Assembly (NCBI GenBank): GCA_965178125.1
Contig: OZ237743.1
Coordinates: 310,001-374,000, forward strand
Source of the DNA: Bilabrum cf. latius
Taxonomy: Eukaryota
Reading direction: 5' to 3'
Length of the DNA: 64,000 nucleotides
Shown here in pieces: positions 12,991 through 27,706 of this stretch (positions within the stretch are counted from its first letter, which is position 1; each line of letters begins with the position of its first letter). The notes beneath the pieces are model-generated. The model was not told where the DNA came from, made no database searches, and saw only the letters and a list, made by a program, of their open reading frames with translations. The position numbers were made by a program, and so were the translations under genes.

Positions 12991-14603
12991 ATGGTGCACT
13001 ATATGATACAAGAATAGCGCATACCGGATGCCTATCGCAGCCCGTACAGAAGCATCACCTCAATCGTGAGGAGCCAAGCAAGTTTTGCTGGTATCATCGC
13101 GAATAGCATCGCGTCTCATACACGGGGCTATAGCAAGTCTTGTACATGATAGTATTATGTCAGCATGTGTATTTACTCAAGTCTCTGCAGGTTTCATCTG
13201 ACGGCATGCACGAGAGCTACAAGGAAGGCAGGAACGATTTTGCTCCCGAATGCACGTCGTTTTGGCATTTCCTGTGGGCGATCAGGCAGGGGTACTCCAG
13301 CGCCACAATGCCTTCCGGGTCGGGCATGGCAGGCTTGAAGCAGCTGCTGGCGCTGCTGCCTTCGGATGGCATCCGGTTGAAGTCGCTGCGGCTTGTGGAC
13401 GAGACGATCGATGTTTCGGTCGCCAGGTTGCTTTGCGAGATGGTATGTTTGGACGTGGAGGGCCATAGCTTGTCTTGCTTGCATCTGAAGGACTGCATGT
13501 GGAAGCCAGGCGCCATGGCAGCACTGGCTCCGTCGATGCTGCACTCGGGGAGGTCGAATCGCCTGGAAGCACTCCTATTGCAGAGCACTTCTGGCGAGCA
13601 ATCGGTGAAAGGAGCCCCTCAGGATCTGTTCGAGTCGCTCGGGTAGGTGGTAGGAGACTCGCGGTGCAGCTTGTATGCGCTGAGCCTGGTGGGCATGCTC
13701 GGATGGGATTCTTGTTCTGGAAACACTGAAGGGCCAGCCTATGTTGGCCTGTATCGGCGGAATGCCCCGATAGCGAAGGGCATGCTGAGCAACAGAAGCA
13801 TTCGGTATTTGTCGACTGGGGACTGCGTGGTGAACACAGAGCAGCTGGTCACGTGGGCCGATGCTCTGGCCAAGCATCGCTGGTTGCGGCAGCTGCTGAT
13901 TTCCTTCCGGCCAAACTCGCCCCAAGAATTTGTCACCTTCGGGGGTTCTGTAGCTAGGTTTGTGCGTGAGAGCGTTAGCATCAGGCACCTGATGCTATTT
14001 TACAGCGTTGAGAGGCATCGACGGACTGAACTGCCACCATTGGACCTATTGCGGGCTGCAGTGAGGCAGAACAGAGCGCTGCTGTCGATGTCGATTGGAT
14101 GGAATGGCAGTGAGTATCACCGAAGACTTCAGTAGTTCAATCGTCAGCATAACATGAATTTGGAGGCGGTGGCGGCCAATCCTCGGATGGTGTTCTACGA
14201 CTGGTGCACGTTAGTCACTACCTACAAGAATGAGAATGTCGAGCCAGTGATGTTGCCGAGGCTCCAAAAGTACCAATCCAGGCAGTCAAGGCTGTGGGCC
14301 TTGGTACAACATAGGACCGCTGCACAGGCTCACCGGGATGCGAGGCTAGTGTGGCGAGCTGCAGCAGAGGGCAGGCCTCTAGAGCTCGCGAAGCGACTGC
14401 GGCTCGGGGTGATGGCAGGTGGCGCGGAACGGAAAAGGCTGGTATCAGGCAGATTATTAAACGCGGCGCAAGCAGCGGAGGCAGGTGGGCATAGGGAATG
14501 CGCTCTGCTGGTGCGCCGGTCAGTAGCGCGGGAGCTGAACCGACGGGCAGTGTGTTTTGGCAAGTTGGGATGCGTGCCAGGGTGTTCCTGCCTGGTGCTG
14601 TGA
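12991..14603 (+). CDS. LRR + ankyrin-like B1, copy 2; join(12991..13065,13191..14603)
   Basis: Paralog of 2622..4218. Confidence 0.7.
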
Positions 14604-15496
14604 GGCTAACCCAAATCATTTTAGATCCACGCAGCTTGACTACGGCCCAGCACACCCACAGTTGAAGCAGACTAGTAGCTGCGGCGGTTGCTGTTTGGTA
14701 AGAGTGTAGTCAAGCGGGCCATCGTACTCGGGAGAGAATGCAAGCTGGCCATGCCAATTACTGACCGTGACGAGGCGGGCTTGAAGCTGGTTAATCCCCA
14801 GCTGCGGACCAAGCTGACGACAGGGGGGCATAGGACCTCAAAAAAGAGAAGAGCCGTACATGTTCGACGCCCAGGTGTGGCAATGTAGGGCACGGAATCG
14901 TTTGTGACAGCGGCTACAGTTCCAGACGGTGTCCACCACCCGATGATCCGAGCGAAGCAGAGGCTCTGGATCAGAAGGGAGCTGGCGATGAAGTGGACAC
15001 ATGGATGGATAGTTGGTACAAGCACGTCGGCCGATCATTGCATGCAGTCCTTCCGGGTATCGCCGTGGTGAGGAGCAAAGGAGGACAGTGGGGACACAGA
15101 CGTTCTGCTTGGCTAGCGCATCAGTGCCTGAAGAAGTCATTGGACGAGCAGAGGCCAAAGTCATCGGGACATAGTTGAGGAAGAAGAAGGAGAGGAATAT
15201 GGTTTGAGATACAATGCTAAAAGCAGAATGAAGTACGAGCTGCGACCTGCCACCGCGTCGGCCGTTTCAGCCTCTGTTTGTCGGCGATCAGTATGTGCGA
15301 CACAGGTGCAAGCGTCGACGGCATAGTACGCCGGCGGGGTCCAGCTCATGGGAATATAAATGCGACTTCGCTACAGCTTTTGACCTGCCACGGCCTAGCC
15401 CCCCACCCTGCATTGCTGGCAGATTGATTCTCCTTCTCAGATCTAGCTCTTTCAGAAATATCTTTACAATTTTAGCGGTCTGCAGGCTTTGGCAGC

Positions 15497-17108
15497 ATGG
15501 TGGATTGCATTATACAGGAATGGCTACCACTCGATACCTATCGGAGCCCGTACAGAAGCATCACCTCGATCGTGAGACGCCAGTTTCCGCCTCAAGTCGA
15601 ACACGAACAGTTTGCGAGAGAAGGAGCCCGCTGCACCGCATGCTTGCATGGGTTCCATTTCTTGATCTATAAGACAGTTGTCATTGCAATTTCTGCAGGT
15701 TTCTTCTGACGGCATGCACGAGAGCTACAAGAGAGGCAGGAACGATTTTGCTCCCGAATGCCAATCCCTTCGGCAATTTCTGTGGGCGATCAGGCAGGGG
15801 TACTCCAGCGCCACAATGCCTTCTGGATCGGGCATGGCAGGCTTGAAGCGGCTGCTGGCGCTGCTGCCTTCGGATGGCATCCGGTTGAAGTCGCTGCGGC
15901 TGGTTGACGAGACGATCGATGTTCCGGTCGCCAGGTTGCTTTGCGAGATGGTATGTTTGGACGTGGAGGGTCATGGCTTGTCTTGCTTGCATCTGAAGGA
16001 CTGCATGTGGAAGCCAGGCGCCATGGCAGCACTGGCTCCGTCGATGCTGCACTCGGGGAGGTCGAATCGTCTGGAAGCACTCCTCTTGCAGAGCACTGGC
16101 AAGCAATCGGTGAAAGGAGCCCATCAGGATCTGTTCGAGTCGCTCGGGTAGGTGCTAGGAGACTCGCGGTGCAGCTTGTATGCGCTGAGTCTGATGGGTA
16201 TGCTCGGATGGAGTCACCCCTATGGTCCGGTTGAAGGTGTGGACTGGACTTGCATGTATCGGCGCAATGCCTTGGTGGCCAGGGGCATGCTTAGAAACAC
16301 AAGCATTCGGTATTTGTCGACTGGGGACTGCGTAGTTGATACAGAGCAGCTGGTCGCGTGGGCCGATGCTCTGGCCACGAGCTATTCCTTGCGGCAGCTT
16401 CTTGTGTCGTTTCATCCTGTGACGAACGAAGCCCGCATTGCGCTCGGTGCACCAGTGGCAAGGATCGTGCGTGAGAACGTGAGCATCAGGCACCTGATAT
16501 TGTTGTACGACATGGAGGACAAATGGGCGACGGTGCCGCCTCCGTTGGACCTGCTGCGGGCAGCAATCAAATAGAACAGAGCGCTGCTATCGGTATCGGT
16601 CGGATGTGATGGATGCGAGTTCTACGACAGTAGGAAAGTTTTTTATACAGAGCACGACAAGAATCTGGATGCCATTGCGATGAATTTCCGGGTCGTGTTT
16701 TACGACTGGTGCACGCGATCGATGACATTCAAGAACGAGAATGTCGAGCCTGTGATGTTGCCGAGACTCCAGGAGTACCAGTCCAGGCAGTCCAGGCTGT
16801 GGGCCTTGGTACAGCATAGGACCGCTGCGCAGGCTCACCGGGATGCAAGGCTAGTGTTGCGAGCTGCAGCGGAGGGCAGGCCCCTAGAGTTGGCGAAACG
16901 ATTGCGGCTCGGGGTGATGGCAGGTGGGGCGGAACGGCAAGTGCTTGTATCAGGCAGCTTGCTAGACGCGGGGCAAGCGGCCGAGGCAGGCGGGCATAGG
17001 GAATGCGCTGTGCTAGTGCGCCGGTCGGTAGCGCGAGAGGTGAACCGAAGGACCATTCATCGTGGCCTGACAGAAGGTATGCCGACGTGGTCGTGCCTGA
17101 TGTCTTAA
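15497..17108 (+). CDS. LRR + ankyrin-like B2, copy 2; join(15497..15571,15699..17108)
   Basis: Paralog of 5136..6747. Confidence 0.7.
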
Positions 17109-17413
17109 TGCATTGTCTGAGTCAAGTAAGAATGTGTGTTCGCTAACATTCCCACGTCTTGAGAGTGGAACAAGTAATCCGGATGTTTTACGATCAGATT
17201 CCAAAGAATCCGGGAAAGCATGCGTGCAAAAGCGGCTCTCATGGAGCGGTTTTGCTTGCGGGGTGTAATTCTTGACCCAACTATCACCAAAGAATACCCC
17301 ATCCGCTGGTCGAGACCCATAGAACGAGCAAAAGGCCACCGGTTCACAACATACAACCACATGGTCTCTGGGTTTCAGTGCCACTGCGTGTTGCCGGGTC
17401 AGGCCAAAGCCTG

Positions 17414-20400
17414 TCAGGTGGCCTCCCTTTGCGCTAGCTAAGTGCTCGTTTGCCAAACAAGCTTGCCAGGCAGGTCTTCATCATCAGGTAAGTACACTCG
17501 GATGTACATCGTGTCAGTCACAGGAGACTTCACGAACCATCGGTTCAATCCACGTATGGCCTTGCAAGACTTGTGCCTGGACATAGGCTCCCCGCGAAGA
17601 CCAGGCGTATCCTCCAGTGCTGCCCAGTGGGCCTTGAATGAGAAAGACTCAGGAGGATGGCGGAGATCGACAACGCTCTAACAGGAAGGGATCTGCACAT
17701 TGAATGAAGAGAAGTGGCCTTTCTATTCTCCCGCCGACATCCACGGACAGTCATCGTACAGCTCCACAGCAGCCGCGATCTTGGGAGCTTCGGCCGGCTT
17801 GTCAGTTGTCGAGAGATAGCAGAGCCAGACGGACACCGTAGCGAATGCTTCAGATCGGAGGCCTCCTGGATTGCAATACACGTCACCGTTTCGCTGAGGA
17901 AATGCTGCTGTCGTGCTATGCTTCTGTTCCCGTGCGCGTGCTGTCGTACGGCCGCCAGCAGCAGCGCCTCCAGCACCAGTAGGCCAACCAGCAGCACGTT
18001 CAGCACCTCCAGCACCAGCACCAGCACCAGCACCAGCACCAGCACCAGCACCAGCACCAGCACCAGCACCAGCACCAGCACCAGCACCAGCACCTGCAGA
18101 CTACTCCATCTGCAAGTCACGAAACATGGCGTAGCTGAGCTCGACCGATACAATCACATCACGGGTCTATAAGTTCAGAACTTTCTACGCGTTGCTTCGT
18201 GTAGAAGAAGTCGGGAGCCTAGGCAGACGTCCACTGATCCGTTCAGATCTCGCCTCGCGTGAGTCGACGAGTTCAGTGCGCAACAATGGGCGATATTCCG
18301 AACCGAGCAGGCCGCCAGAGCGTCCCCTTGCTGCCATTGGGTGACGGTCTTCAATGGCGGGCTTCAGGTACATCCGAAATAGCGGTGCATTCTCCGCAGC
18401 TACACAAATTCCACCCACAAGCTTCTAGAAGCAGCCGCAATGGCATGTCCTTAACAAGTCGTGGCAGCCTTGCCGCCCTGTGCTGCTCCCGGTTCGTGGA
18501 CAGTATGCGCATCGCTTTGGAAGGAGGGATCCGGTCGGAATCGCCCATCCATCCATGGACTCGATATTGCCAAGAATTATCTTGCGAGTGCGCCCGGTGC
18601 ACGTTAGCCGGAGTCTATCTGGAGCTGGGGTGTCGTCTTTCTTCATTAAAGGTTTGATTGGGGCAGCTAGTTTAGCATCGCGAGCGTTCGCCAGCAGAAG
18701 GTTGCGAGCGGGACCGCTGCCGGCTCGAACAGTCTGCAGGGCAGAAGCCATGATCGAAAGGGCCCTAGCAACCCTGGGGGCTGCAAACGATGTACCCTAC
18801 GTAAAACGTGTCGGCCTGTCAACTGAGCACTCCGTGTCATCCACTGGATCCGGTGTAGCACATCCGCTGCCGCTGCACACTTCTGAAGGCTGAGGCGCCC
18901 TGGGCACAGTCGTGCATTTGAGCAACAGATCAGTTATGGACTCGCCGTGTGCGAACATATCGACGTAGTATCCCCAATCTGAGAAGCCAGACATGGGAAT
19001 CTCCTCTCCTGCTTCGGTACGCCGGCTCAAGGTCTGCACGGAGCCCACACAGAGTGGTGACCTAGAGTAGCACGGGAGCCAAACGTCCACGCTCGGCCTG
19101 CTAGACATTCGTGAAGCAATCCGGGGTCGCTTAACTTGTCCAATGCCGCCATTACCGGCGGCGGCAGTCGCCACAAAACCGTAGCGCAACAGAATCTCGA
19201 AGGATCTATCCACTTCTTTCATAGCCAGACCGTGAGACTGCACTTTCTCTCCAATGGAGATCTAGACCACCCCGAGCACGGACTCCTCTCTATACGCGGA
19301 CCCACGAGCGGCCCTGGTGACAGCCTGAATCCTCTGAGCCACCCTTTCGATCATTGCCAAGCCCCACCCAATGACGGATGCACGCCGCTCGGGTGTCGAT
19401 AGGCACAGTCTGCTCCAGCACGACCCACTACCAGCAGGTAGCTCCAACTGATGGCCTTCGGCAGCGTCGGTCTCACCTTCGCTGAATATCGCGATTGGAA
19501 CCACAATGGACTGAGTACCCCTAGCTGCTTCAGTTGCCACCACAGTGCCGTGGCTGTCGCGTTTGTCTCTTGGCGTATACGCCTTGTTCTCTCGGCCCGG
19601 TGTGTTCCAGAGTAGTCCCTCAACATCTGGCTGCCTCATGGCTGCACCTCGTGCCACCCGACTCGTGGACCCTGGTACCACGTGCCCGCCCGCAATCGCG
19701 AAGATCTCTTCCTCCAGTCCAGTGAAGTCTCGTTTCTGCTGAAACTCATCATAGGAGTATACGACCGCCGTATCCAGCACAAAAATCACCTGATTCAGCG
19801 CAAGTAGGCTTGAAGTAATGGGGAATTCGGTGGTTTCCTCACGAACGGCTTCATGTACACGCCACAGCGGACTCATAAAGGGCTGGCCAGCTGCGCTGTG
19901 GGATGGACCTGCTGCAGTACGAGAATCGTGGGCAGGGTCAGCACCACCGGGTACAGTGCCACCGACTCTACCGGTAGTACCAGCCGCCACAGACGATCCT
20001 ATCCCAGCGGTCCGTCCACCCGTCAGTGGACTTACCTATCTATGCACGCCATCAAGCAATGGAACACTCCCAGCCTTCGATGATGTCGCTGTCTGAATCA
20101 GATTGGTCCCTGCCTCGCTGTCTTTGCCTACAACAGGCGTTGAGTTCGGTTCCAGCTGCGTGCTCCCGAGACCAGAGCCGCTGCTGCACGGCGGCTCTGA
20201 TGCGGTGCCGTTTGTACTCTCGGTCCCAACGGAGCATGCACAGCCAGAGCACGACTCCTCGCTGCCGCGCAGACCTGCCAGCTTCACGGGGTGGTCAGGG
20301 TAGTGCACGCGCACCAGCCCGCTCTTCACGATGAGTGCCTGCACCGTGGATCCCACACACGCTGCCATGCCGATGGACGACGGCTGTGGGATGAAGGCCC

Positions 20401-21469
20401 CGCTGGACATGCTGGCCTTGCCCAGCTGCTGGATGCCGCGCAGCACCTCTATCACGGCGCCAAGGCCAGCTACAGCCGGCTTGGGGGACGCGAGCTGGAA
20501 GGCGAGCTTGCGCCATGCGGTGTGAGCGAAGCTCCGGGGAGCTCCATGCTGGTCGTTGCGATCCGGTCCGGGCGCGTAGCCGTTGATGTTGAGGTGCTGG
20601 ATGTACTGCAGCCCGCCGTCCTGGGTCTCTGTGCCTCGGGCCAGTCGGTCGAGGTGGGCGGCGGCAGTAGCGAGGGCGGTCCTCTTGGCCTCTGCTGCCA
20701 CGAGGCCCCACACCATCTCGGTGTCCGGGTGGCGGCTGCTGCTTGTCGCGAATGCCGAGGACTGCAGAGCGGCCTGCACCTGGCACAGGGGCTTGAGGAC
20801 AGGGGCGGCGTTGCCCGGCAGGCTGGTCATGGCAGCGAGCTTGCGGGCGCATCCAGCCGCGAAGCTCTGCAGGCCGAGCAGGTGAGCGGATGCACCGCTC
20901 GAGGTGGCGGCGCCGTCAGTGTGCTTGATGCCGATGATACCAGGAGCACCCGCGTGCTGCAGCTCATGCAGCGCTTCGATCAGCCCGCTCGCGGCGTCGT
21001 GCATGGCCTTGCCGACCTCTCTCGGGTCCATGTCCGTGACGAAGTCGACGAAGCGCTCCGCCGACAGCTCCTGTCCTTGATCCATCCAGTACATCATGTG
21101 CTTGCATTGATCATGCGCAGGCTGGGAGTCTGGCGCTGGAGGCGGATCGTGCTTGGATTTCCCCATTGTGAGAGGCTGCTGATTGTGGGTTCGCTCGGCG
21201 TTGGGGCCCGCGTCGTCTGCGATGAGAGCGAAGTCGGCGCAAGGATACGATGGATTACTTCATATGATCAGCGAGCTAGTGAAGCAAGCCAATAATCTCT
21301 CACTGGCGTCTGACGGCATTGCGTCGAGCTTGGGATCAATAACCGACGGAGACTTCTTGAGCTCGGTTGTCCGAGTCCTGCGGCGCACTCGGTGGGCTCT
21401 TGATGGCAAGTCACCCAGAGCTAATGGCAACAGCACTGTGAGCAGACAAAGCGATGCCAGCGTGCGCAT
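17414..21469 (-). CDS. Secreted S8 protease, copy 2 (near-identical to copy 1, offset 10361)
   Basis: Identical ORF translations in the track. Confidence 0.85.
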
Positions 21470-22042
21470 GGTAGCTGGAAATGAGTGGTTCTACCGGTCG
21501 CAAGCGTGATGCGTAGCGACCAACTCGGAATATTGCACCTTGATCGGAATGGCGTTCATGCCGCCATGAACATGGGATGATAAGCTTTTGGTTGTAATCA
21601 TGGTCTATGCACATTTTGCAGAAGTGCACGCATGGAGCCGAGGCATGCATGAGACCTGGGTGGAGGTGAATTTCAGATACAAACGCAAAGATGCGATATA
21701 TTGGGGAACGCTTGGGCTGCATGTCCTTCTTCATGGTACATTGGCAATCTGTGTTTGTTCTATATGTGCTGCTTCGAGTGTCGGTAAGAGCGAGCAGGCG
21801 CTATCACTGATTGCTAGAAGTCTGACCGGGACCTAAGCTACTGGCAGGAGCAAGTGGGCCTGAAGATCTGCAGCCATGACAAGTGTTGGGGGATTGAATT
21901 GTATTAAGCTAATGTGACCGATTGTATCGCGGTCCTAAAGCCAGTTGTACTCGTGTCCACTCTATTGATACCCTCACGAGAACTTGAGCTGCTGCTTGCA
22001 GGATACATAATGCCAGCTGCGCACCTGGTATGAGCGAACGCA

Positions 22043-23338
22043 TCAAGCCGCCATCCTTGCACACGCAAGCCGGACCGCAGCACGGTCCCCCACCCGCTTC
22101 AGTCCAAGAGCCTCCGCCAGCTCGCCATCCGTCGTGGCAGCCAGCTCCCACACAGACCTCACATGCTGCTGCCGACACCGTGATGCGGCATCCGCAAGCC
22201 CAAGCGCCTCCAGGAGATCGCAGGCAGACCCAGAGGGCATGCCAGCAGCAGCCCCAGCAGGCGCATGCTCATGCTCCTACCCGTCGCCCTTGCCCTTGCC
22301 CTTGCCCTTGCCCTTGCCCTTGCCCTTGCCCTTGCCCTTGCCTACATGCTGGCTCTCGCCCGGCCCCTTGTCTCGATCCTCCGCGCTTTCCCCTCCAGCC
22401 AACCCTGACCCCTACAGCCTGTCCGGCTTGCACAGAGACTCGACGGTCTTGCTTACCAGCGATAGGCCCGATAATGACTCGCAGGCAGCGTGGCGGGAAT
22501 CCAGGAGCCACCACTGCAGCTGCCGAATCGACATGCCAAGGACAAGGGGCGACGAGGAAGAGACAGGGGTCGCACCCGTCCCACTGCCACCACCAGCACC
22601 TACACCTGAGGAGGCGCCTTCGCTGCATCCATCATGCCCTGCAAGTGCCTCGCGAATCCCATGTGCAAGCGCTCTCGCTTCCTGACCCGCCATGCCACCG
22701 CCACCAGGCACTGCCTCGGGCATGGCAAACACAACCACCGCCGATGCCAGTCGCAGCACATCGTTGCGAGAGGCGCCGCGCAGGAGCTCTCCCAGCGGAA
22801 CCATCTCCAGCAGTCCCGCGGCCGTGCCATCTGCCACCGACTGCAGCACGCTCGTGTCAGCGTCGATGGCAAGCGACAGGTCCTTGCGCAGAGGCGAGGC
22901 CGCCGGACTCATCGCGATCAATCGAGTGCGCTTGGCCTGCTTGATTGCCGCGGCCGTGAAGCCATCGCTGTTCCTCCCATCATCCACGGCACTGTCTGCC
23001 TGCAGGAGCAGACGGGAGGACGGCGGCGTGCTTCCCATCGCAGCCGAGGCACCGCTGCCTGCCACCAGCCGGAGAGAAACGTCGCGTAGGACGTGTGTTC
23101 CCACCCCACACAGGTCCACAGCCGCCCATCGCATGCTGCTGGTGACCTGATCATTGAGCTCTTGCGACTGTTGCCAGTGAGCGGTAGACTCAGCTACCAC
23201 GAACCATGACTCATGAAGCGCGCTGTACAGCCAAGTGGCAGCCCAAGCTTGATGAGCGGGCACATGCGTGAGGCTCCGGATGAGCCACTTCGTTTGTGTC
23301 AGAAACGAACTATTGCAGCAGGCTGCAGTTCTCGCCAA
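22043..23338 (-). CDS. SAM-domain protein, copy 2
   Basis: Paralog of 11682..12989. Confidence 0.65.
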
Positions 23339-23339
23339 T

Positions 23340-24952
23340 ATGGTGCACTATATGATACAAGAATAGCGCATACCGGATGCCTATCGCAGCCCGTACAGAA
23401 GCATCACCTCAATCGTGAGGAGCCAAGCAAGTTTTGCTGGTATCATCGCGAATAGCATCGCGTCTCATACACGGGGCTATAGCAAGTCTTGTACATGATA
23501 GTATTATGTCAGCATGTGTATTTACTCAAGTCTCTGCAGGTTTCATCTGACGGCATGCACGAGAGCTACAAGGAAGGCAGGAACGATTTTGCTCCCGAAT
23601 GCACGTCGTTTTGGCATTTCCTGTGGGCGATCAGGCAGGGGTACTCCAGCGCCACAATGCCTTCCGGGTCGGGCATGGCAGGCTTGAAGCAGCTGCTGGC
23701 GCTGCTGCCTTCGGATGGCATCCGGTTGAAGTCGCTGCGGCTTGTGGACGAGACGATCGATGTTTCGGTCGCCAGGTTGCTTTGCGAGATGGTATGTTTG
23801 GACGTGGAGGGCCATAGCTTGTCTTGCTTGCATCTGAAGGACTGCATGTGGAAGCCAGGCGCCATGGCAGCACTGGCTCCGTCGATGCTGCACTCGGGGA
23901 GGTCGAATCGCCTGGAAGCACTCCTATTGCAGAGCACTTCTGGCGAGCAATCGGTGAAAGGAGCCCCTCAAGATCTGTTCGAGTCGCTCGGGTAGGTGCT
24001 AGGAGACTCGCGGTGCAGCTTGTATGCGCTGAGTCTGGTGGGCATGCTCGGGTGGGACTCTTGGTCTGATACCACTGAAGGGCCAGCCTATGTTGGCCTG
24101 TATCGGCGGAATGCCCCGATAGCGAAGGGCATGCTGAGCAACAGAAGCATTCGGTATTTGTCGACTGGGGACTGCGTGGTGAACACAGAGCAGCTGGTCG
24201 CGTGGGCCGATGCTCTGGCCAAGCATCGCTGGTTACGGCAACTGCTGATTTCCTTCCGGACACACTCGCCGCAAGGATTTGTCACCTTCGGGGGTCCTGT
24301 AGCTAGGATCGTGCGTGAGAGCGAGAGTATCAGGCACCTGATGCTATTTTACAATGTTGAGAGGCATCGACGGCCTGAACTGCCACCATTGGACCTATTG
24401 CGGGCTGCAGTGAGGCAGAACAGAGCGCTGCTGTCGATGTCGATTGGATGGCACGGCAGTGAGTATCACAGAAGAAAGCAGCAATTTTACCGCTAGCACG
24501 ATGAAAACCTTGAGGCGGTGGTGGCCAATCCTTGGATGGTGTTCTACGACTGGTGCACGTTAGACTTGACCTACAAGAATGAGAATGTCGAGCCAGTGAT
24601 GTTGCCAAGGCTCCAAAAGTACCAATCCAGGCAGTCCAGGCTGTGGGCCTTGGTACAGCATAGGACCACTGCGCAGGCTCACCGGGATGCGAGGCTAGTG
24701 TGGCGAGCTGCAGCAGAGGGCAGGCCCCTAGAGTTGTTGAAGCGACTGAGGCTCGGGGTGATGGCAGGTGGGGCGGAACGGAAAGGGCTCGTGTCAGGCA
24801 GGTCATTAAACGCGGCGCAAGCAGCGGAGGCAGGTGGGCACATGGAATGTGCTCTGCTGGTGCGCCGGTCAGTAGCGCGGGAGCTGAACCGACGGGCAGT
24901 GTATTTTGGCAAGTTGGGATGCGTGCCAGGGTGTTCCTGCCTGGTGCTGTGA
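23340..24952 (+). CDS. LRR + ankyrin-like B1, copy 3; join(23340..23414,23540..24952)
   Basis: Paralog; TAG at 23993 and 24494; ends TGA. Confidence 0.7.
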
Positions 24953-27706
24953 GCTGCAGCTTCCTACCAGAACCACGTTTACAAAGCCACACAATAATGT
25001 GCAGGGCTAGCACTTCGTAGTTTAGGGGACGAGTTGGTCAGCCCTCGTAGCCTGGAAGACCGAGGTCGGTCTCATGATATGCATTTCAATGAGAGTGTAG
25101 CTATGGTGCGGTGCACTCATTGACAGCACCATGTTGAGGACAGTAGATGCAAGTGCATCCCAGTGGGCAAGTGCAGCCGGACGGTCACTGCTGCGAGGAA
25201 GTAGCCAACGATGATGAACAAGGCGAACCCGGGGACCGGTTGAGGCAGGAGGAAAAGGTATCGGATGGGTGGCGCGGTGAGTCGCGTGGGGTGGAGATAG
25301 ACGATAGGATAGGATGACTTTGCGGAGAGAACCGTTCACTTGGCAAGGTAGGTGGATGGCAGGCGAGCCGCCAGTAGCAGAGATCCCACAGCCCAGGCAG
25401 GTACGCGTATCATGTAGATTGAATAGTCACCTGTGCAATGGCGCTTGGTAGCCAATGTACAAAGAAAGTTTGCCACTGCAAAGACAACTCACGAGCTTTC
25501 AGGGACTTTAACACTGGTTTGCCAGACAAGCTTGCTCGGCAGGGACCAGGTGAAGTACCCACTCGGGGGACGCACGTGGATATACATCGTGTCAGTCACA
25601 GGAGACTTCACGAACCACCGTGCCCTCTCTTCTGAAACCTTGCATGACCTATACTTGGACATCGGCGTCCCGCGCAAGCCAGGCGCATCCTCCAGCGGTG
25701 CCCAGTGAGCCTGAAATGAGAAGGTGACAGGCCATGCAGCGGGATCAGCGATGAAGCTTGAGCAAGCAGGTATCTTCACGTTGATTGAAGCAAAGAATCC
25801 TTTCTGCACTCCATCCAGCACCCACGGGCAGTCGTCGTAGAGCTCCACCACGGCCCCAAACGAACCACCGGCTGACAGAAGCGCCCCGGATGCAGGGTAG
25901 CAGAGCGAGACAGATACGGTGGTAAACGACTCTGTTCGAGAGTCAGCTGCATTGCATTGCACACTGCCGCCTCGTTGCAGCTGTGCGGCTGTCCTACCGT
26001 CCTAATCACCACTTTCCCTATCCCTGTCTCTGTCCCTGCCCCCACTAAACTAGCTAGCACCAGTACCAGCACCAGCACCAGCACCAGCAGCACCAGCAGC
26101 AGCACCGACTCCACCAGAACTAGGAGCTCCGCTAACATCTGTAGTCAAAGAAGCCTCTTCAATGCGCGGACGAGCAGCACCTCCACCTCCACCTGTCTGA
26201 AAGCCTCGAAACATATCGTAGCTAAGCTCAACGGCGACAAGCAAGCCGCCATTGTGAAGGCCCAGCACTTTCTAGGCGGTGCTTGTTGAGGCAGAAGACG
26301 GGAGCTAAGGCGGGCGCTCACCGTCCGATGCGGTAACAGTTCCACGCGTTGCTTGTAGAACAACGCTCAACTACGGTTGAGCGCTATGTCCGCGTGCAGT
26401 GGATATGCTTGCTCTTTCCCGCACCGGCTTCAACTGCATCTCAAGGCTGGGGCTGTTCTCTGCATCTATACATTCGTCGGCTTCAAGTCGCTGAAAGCAG
26501 CCGCAGTGACAAGTCTTGTACACGTTGTGACAGGCTTGCTATCCAGTGTCGCCATCAGACGCTGGACACTGCGAGCACTCCTGCGGCAAAACTGCGTCAG
26601 CAGGGACACGCCACCGGTCCTGCTACTCCACTGCGCCAAGGATGATATTGGGATTGCCATCAATGAGGGTTAGGCGGAGTCTCTCAGAAGCTGTCACCGT
26701 ACGTGTAGCAGTAGGGTATGGCACTGGTAGAACCGCTTCCTCTAGTTCAGCATCTCGAGCGTTCGCATGAAGCAGGTGAATAGCCGGGCCACTGTCAGCT
26801 CGAAGGATTTGCAGGCCTGATGCCACGATTGTGAGGGCCCTGGCCACCTTTGGGGCTGCGTATGAGGTTCCTCGGGACTGGCCTGTTCGAACTGCGACAG
26901 AGTATACGTCGTCCTCAACCGGATTTGGGTCAACACGCCCACCAGCACACCCGGGAGTAGGTGCACGTCCATCGCTCTCCCGCGGGCATGTGCCGCTTTT
27001 TTCTAGTGCTATATCTGGAGTTGCTTCCTCATTCGCAAATATTGTCACTTCAGGGCCCCAGTTTGACATCCATGACATGCGAATTTCTCCGCGAGTGGTA
27101 GAGCGTGGATCGTACGCCTCAGCAGAACCGACACAAATGGTCGTGGACAAAACGCAAGGCGTTGTGACCCTCCCTTCCTCACGTGTCGCTCTTGGCGAGG
27201 CCGGAAGGGGGCTCCGAATGACTTGAAAGCCGTTGTTGCCTGCCGCAACAGACGCCACAAAACCAAAGTCACGAAGTATATGCAGGGACCTGTCGTGCTC
27301 CTTGATCGCTGGGTCGCCAGCCTTTGTGTCGATCTCTACGGAGATTTGGACCACTCCAAGCATGGACCCCTTTCTAAATGCGGACCCACGGGCGGCTTTG
27401 ATGACGGCCTGAATGCGCTGTGCCATCCCCTCGACGACGGCCAAACCCCATCCTGGTATTAAGGAGACAGAGTCTGATTCGTTGTTGACGTCAAATGAGA
27501 TGATAAGCGTCTGTGCGATGAGGATGGCTCTGCGAAGAAGGAGAACGCCGCAACACCTTATCCGTAGGTGGGAAGAGGAATTGTAGCGTTAGACATCGTA
27601 ATCTGATTAACGGAAGAGGCAGGCCACGAAGAGTGGAGGTTGGCATTTCTCCAGTCAATCGCCTCCATTCGGGGTGGAAGAGCTCAGGACTGACAGATCG
27701 TCTTGA

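Noticed and set aside
6200-23970. Near-identical 10.36-kb duplication as a pure assembly artefact
   Set aside because: Copies differ by SNPs and microsatellite length and more divergent copies flank them; read-depth confirmation is still needed
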